A DNA stretch of 20,000 nt from an uncultured virus (IMG/VR IMGVR_UViG_3300038805_000284) (lineage: Duplodnaviria; Heunggongvirae; Uroviricota; Caudoviricetes), in IMG/VR virus record IMGVR_UViG_3300038805_000284. One strand, 5' to 3'. The notes below the pieces were generated by a model. That model ran no database searches and was not told where the DNA came from. It saw only the letters and a program-made list of their open reading frames with translations. Below, one piece after another: positions 17,679-20,000 of this stretch. The first letter of the stretch is position 1, and each line of letters opens with the position of its first letter. The translations under genes and the position numbers were made by a program.

Positions 17679-17852
17679 TTGCCAATTCTCTTGCCAATTC
17701 TCTTGGCAATTCTCTTGGCAAAATCTTTAACAAAACCTTTAACGAATATGCCTCAAAACCTTGCCAATTCTTTGGGCAAAACCTTGACAAAAAACCTGTA
17801 ACAAACATGCTTCAAAACCTTGCCAATCTCATTGCCAATTCTCTTGGCAATT
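17679..17852. repeat. degenerate 12-bp tandem repeat (TTGCCAATTCTC)
   Basis: Units at 17679, 17691, 17703, 17715, 17727..., 17761, 17820, 17832, 17844. Confidence 0.8.
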
Positions 17853-18739
17853 ACCCTCCTCAATCCTTCCTCAATTACCTTATACAAGGCTCTACAGTGC
17901 CTTCTTATTGCCTCCATACAATCATCTTAGTATATTGTCTGTTATAGTATCTTTTATCCTGTTATAGGGTGTTTTGGTTCCTTCATTGTTACCCTAATGT
18001 CATTCCTGTATATTTATAGAATTCCTTACAATAATGGGTTTTAGTAAGTTGTTTTTTTGTGACATTTTTCATTTGGTTTCATTGGGGGTTTTCATCGTGT
18101 TTCATCAGCTAGGATTGTACTGTTTTGATTATCAAATTATAAGATAATTTTATTGTAAATTTTGATGTAAATGTAATGGGATTTTTTGGCGAATTTCAGT
18201 ACAGATTAAATGGGTGTAATTGGGTGTTTTAATGGGTGTGAAATGGGTGTCTTGTTGGGGGTTGATCTGGGATTATAGTAAGATTGTACTTTGAATCGTT
18301 AGAGTAATATTATGGGTTGTGTATGTATATTGTAATTTTATGTAGATATGTTTACGGGCTTTGGGGTATTTTGTTAAAATGCGTTTAAATGCCTTTAGTA
18401 AGCTTTTTGAGAGGCTTTGAGGGTGTTTTGATGGTGTAGTATGGGTTTTTACTTTAAGGCGATTTGAAGGGCATTTTGAAGCGTTTTGTGATTATGTTAG
18501 GATTGTTTAGATATTGCTTGACTTGTTTGGATAGTTGTGCTACATGCGCGCATATATATTATATTCCTTACTATTAGGGGGTTTGGGGGTGTGATGAGGA
18601 AAGTTCATCGATTTTGTTTAATGAGCATTATTTTGGGGCTATACTTATTTTTAGAATATAGTATGATTATAGGTGAATGGGGGGTTGGTTCTTTGAAAAT
18701 GTAGCCTTATTTTCAATTGCTTTTTTTAGTAAGAATTAC

Positions 18740-18769
18740 TTGACAAATAATTGAAAATAAGGCTATAAT
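18740..18769 (+). promoter_or_regulatory. consensus sigma70 promoter for the GC-rich operon
   Basis: TTGACA-N18-TATAAT, overlapping the right arm of a 17-bp inverted repeat (18702-18718/18749-18765). Confidence 0.8.
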
Positions 18770-18849
18770 AAGACATACGGTGCAAATGAGGCGCCGAGAA
18801 AAACAAAATCCGACTAATGGCAATGACGCCAAAAACAAAGGAGAAAACC

Positions 18850-19152
18850 ATGATGATTTTCAAAATAGAATGGATCGCACACCACATTGAAACGGCATCT
18901 CGGTATTACCGAGATGCCGCGGCGGCGGCGTTCGCAAACCTCCCCAGCGAGATGGATCCGGGTTGGGATACCATCGAGGATGCCGTCGTGGCTGCCGTCT
19001 GGGATGCATTTCGCATTGATTCGTCGAAACTTTTTTTCGACTATGACGCCAAAGGAGATTTTGTCGTCTTCGATTGGACCACCGACGCGTGGCCCCATGA
19101 GCAGAGCGTCATCAAGATTTGGTACAAAGCCGAGCTGATCGACAACGACTAA
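18850..19152 (+). CDS. acidic hypothetical protein (GC-rich gene)
   Basis: AAAGGAGA RBS favours the ATG at 18850; 100 aa. Confidence 0.75.
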   Translation: MMIFKIEWIAHHIETASRYYRDAAAAAFANLPSEMDPGWDTIEDAVVAAVWDAFRIDSSKLFFDYDAKGDFVVFDWTTDAWPHEQSVIKIWYKAELIDND

Positions 19153-19262
19153 CCCCGCCCAGGGGCGCGGTAGGCCGCCAGCGGGATTCGAGGCCCGCGC
19201 CCCAATCGCGCCTTGAGGCGCATTCGACCGGCGCGCAAGCGCCCAAAAAAAGGAGAGATGAC

Positions 19263-19652
19263 ATGACAATGACAAAGACGACATATGCATGGTTCGACTG
19301 GCGCACTCAACTGAGCGAGCCTGTCGAATCGATTCGACAGGCTTGGGGCCTCCTCAGGGAGGCCCTGGCCGCCACCGGGGCGGCCTCAATAACACTCTGC
19401 ACTTTCCAGCCGGGGGATGGCGGCAGGACGGACGGCGTGGAGTTGCACGCCATCGAGCGCGATGCGCTCGATGCCGCCGCCGGGAAACTTTGGGCATACA
19501 CCGTTCATCCCTGCCGCGGGGGGTACCGCCCCCTGTGGCGCTACGGCCGCTTTCCCGAAGGCGTCCGGCCGCCCGGCAGGCGCATACCGGGCTACGAGGC
19601 CCGCGCCATCGAGGATGGCGAGGCCCCGTGGGCGGCCTCGGGGAGGCCATGA
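19263..19652 (+). CDS. hypothetical protein (GC-rich gene)
   Basis: AAGGAGAG RBS before the ATG at 19263 (MTMTKTTYAWFDW...); 129 aa. Confidence 0.7.
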   Translation: MTMTKTTYAWFDWRTQLSEPVESIRQAWGLLREALAATGAASITLCTFQPGDGGRTDGVELHAIERDALDAAAGKLWAYTVHPCRGGYRPLWRYGRFPEGVRPPGRRIPGYEARAIEDGEAPWAASGRP

Positions 19653-19662
19653 CCCCGGAACG

Positions 19663-20000
19663 TGTCAACCTAGTTTGAACCACTTCAGTGAAAGTTAAGT
19701 TGTTTTTCGATGGCCCGATTTAGGGTTGGAAAATTGACTCCTCTCTCGTGAATGGATGGGTCGGCATCCGCAGGCACAGGGTTGATACAGACTTCGCTTG
19801 GCGGCATTTGCACGACAGGTCGCCCCTTGGTGAATCGTTCGGGATGCCGATGGTACACGCCATCCAGCGCAGCTTGCTTCGTTTTGGCGATGTCTCGATA
19901 GTCACCGGAAAACACTTGGTGCGGTGTAAATCCATTCAATCCACTGTGATGATGGACGTGATTGTACCACTGCACATAATCCTCGCACCAGCGCATGGCG
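19663..20000 (-). mobile_element. IS3-family insertion sequence, right end (partial)
   Basis: Terminus TGTCAACCTAGTTTGAACCACTTCA with the transposase stop overlapping the IR; composition changes at 19663. Confidence 0.8.
19685..20000 (-). CDS. IS3-family transposase C-terminus (integrase core end), partial
   Basis: WYNHVHHHSGLNGFTP...HPERF motif typical of IS3-family OrfB C-termini. Confidence 0.85.
   Translation of the reverse strand, partial: AMRWCEDYVQWYNHVHHHSGLNGFTPHQVFSGDYRDIAKTKQAALDGVYHRHPERFTKGRPVVQMPPSEVCINPVPADADPSIHERGVNFPTLNRAIEKQLNFH

Noticed and set aside
14820..18740. oriC with DnaA boxes
   Set aside because: I found no perfect TTATCCACA/TGTGGATAA boxes by eye.
18814..19935. 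Alternative-frame ORFs in the GC-rich region
   Set aside because: They are expected from stop-codon scarcity in GC-rich DNA; only the RBS-supported frames and the transposase were kept.

Overview
This window is mostly an AT-rich segment of what looks like a large bacteriophage genome; the phage identity is inferred, since no virion or terminase genes fall inside it. Bases 1-14.7 kb hold a dense leftward (minus-strand) array of small genes. These include two Dam/D12-class N6-adenine DNA methyltransferases, a MazG-like pyrophosphohydrolase, about seven related Zn-ribbon proteins, several acidic proteins, a probable lipoprotein, a possible divergent beta-clamp-fold protein, tRNA-Tyr(GTA) and tRNA-Arg(TCT). 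A divergently transcribed, unusually long (462 nt) tmRNA sits at 12291-12752. Bases 14.7-18.8 kb are a ~4.1 kb gene-free region packed with cis-elements: a perfect chromosomal-type parS (TGTTTCACGTGAAACA), more than 20 TTCA/TACA-N7-TGAA palindromes often phased at 21-22 bp, about ten IHF-like sites, 129-bp and 12-bp tandem repeats, and a strand-skew switch. From 18.8 kb a consensus sigma70 promoter drives a markedly GC-rich rightward operon, whose third gene is cut off by the end of an IS3-family element. There is a 100-N assembly gap at 9345-9444.
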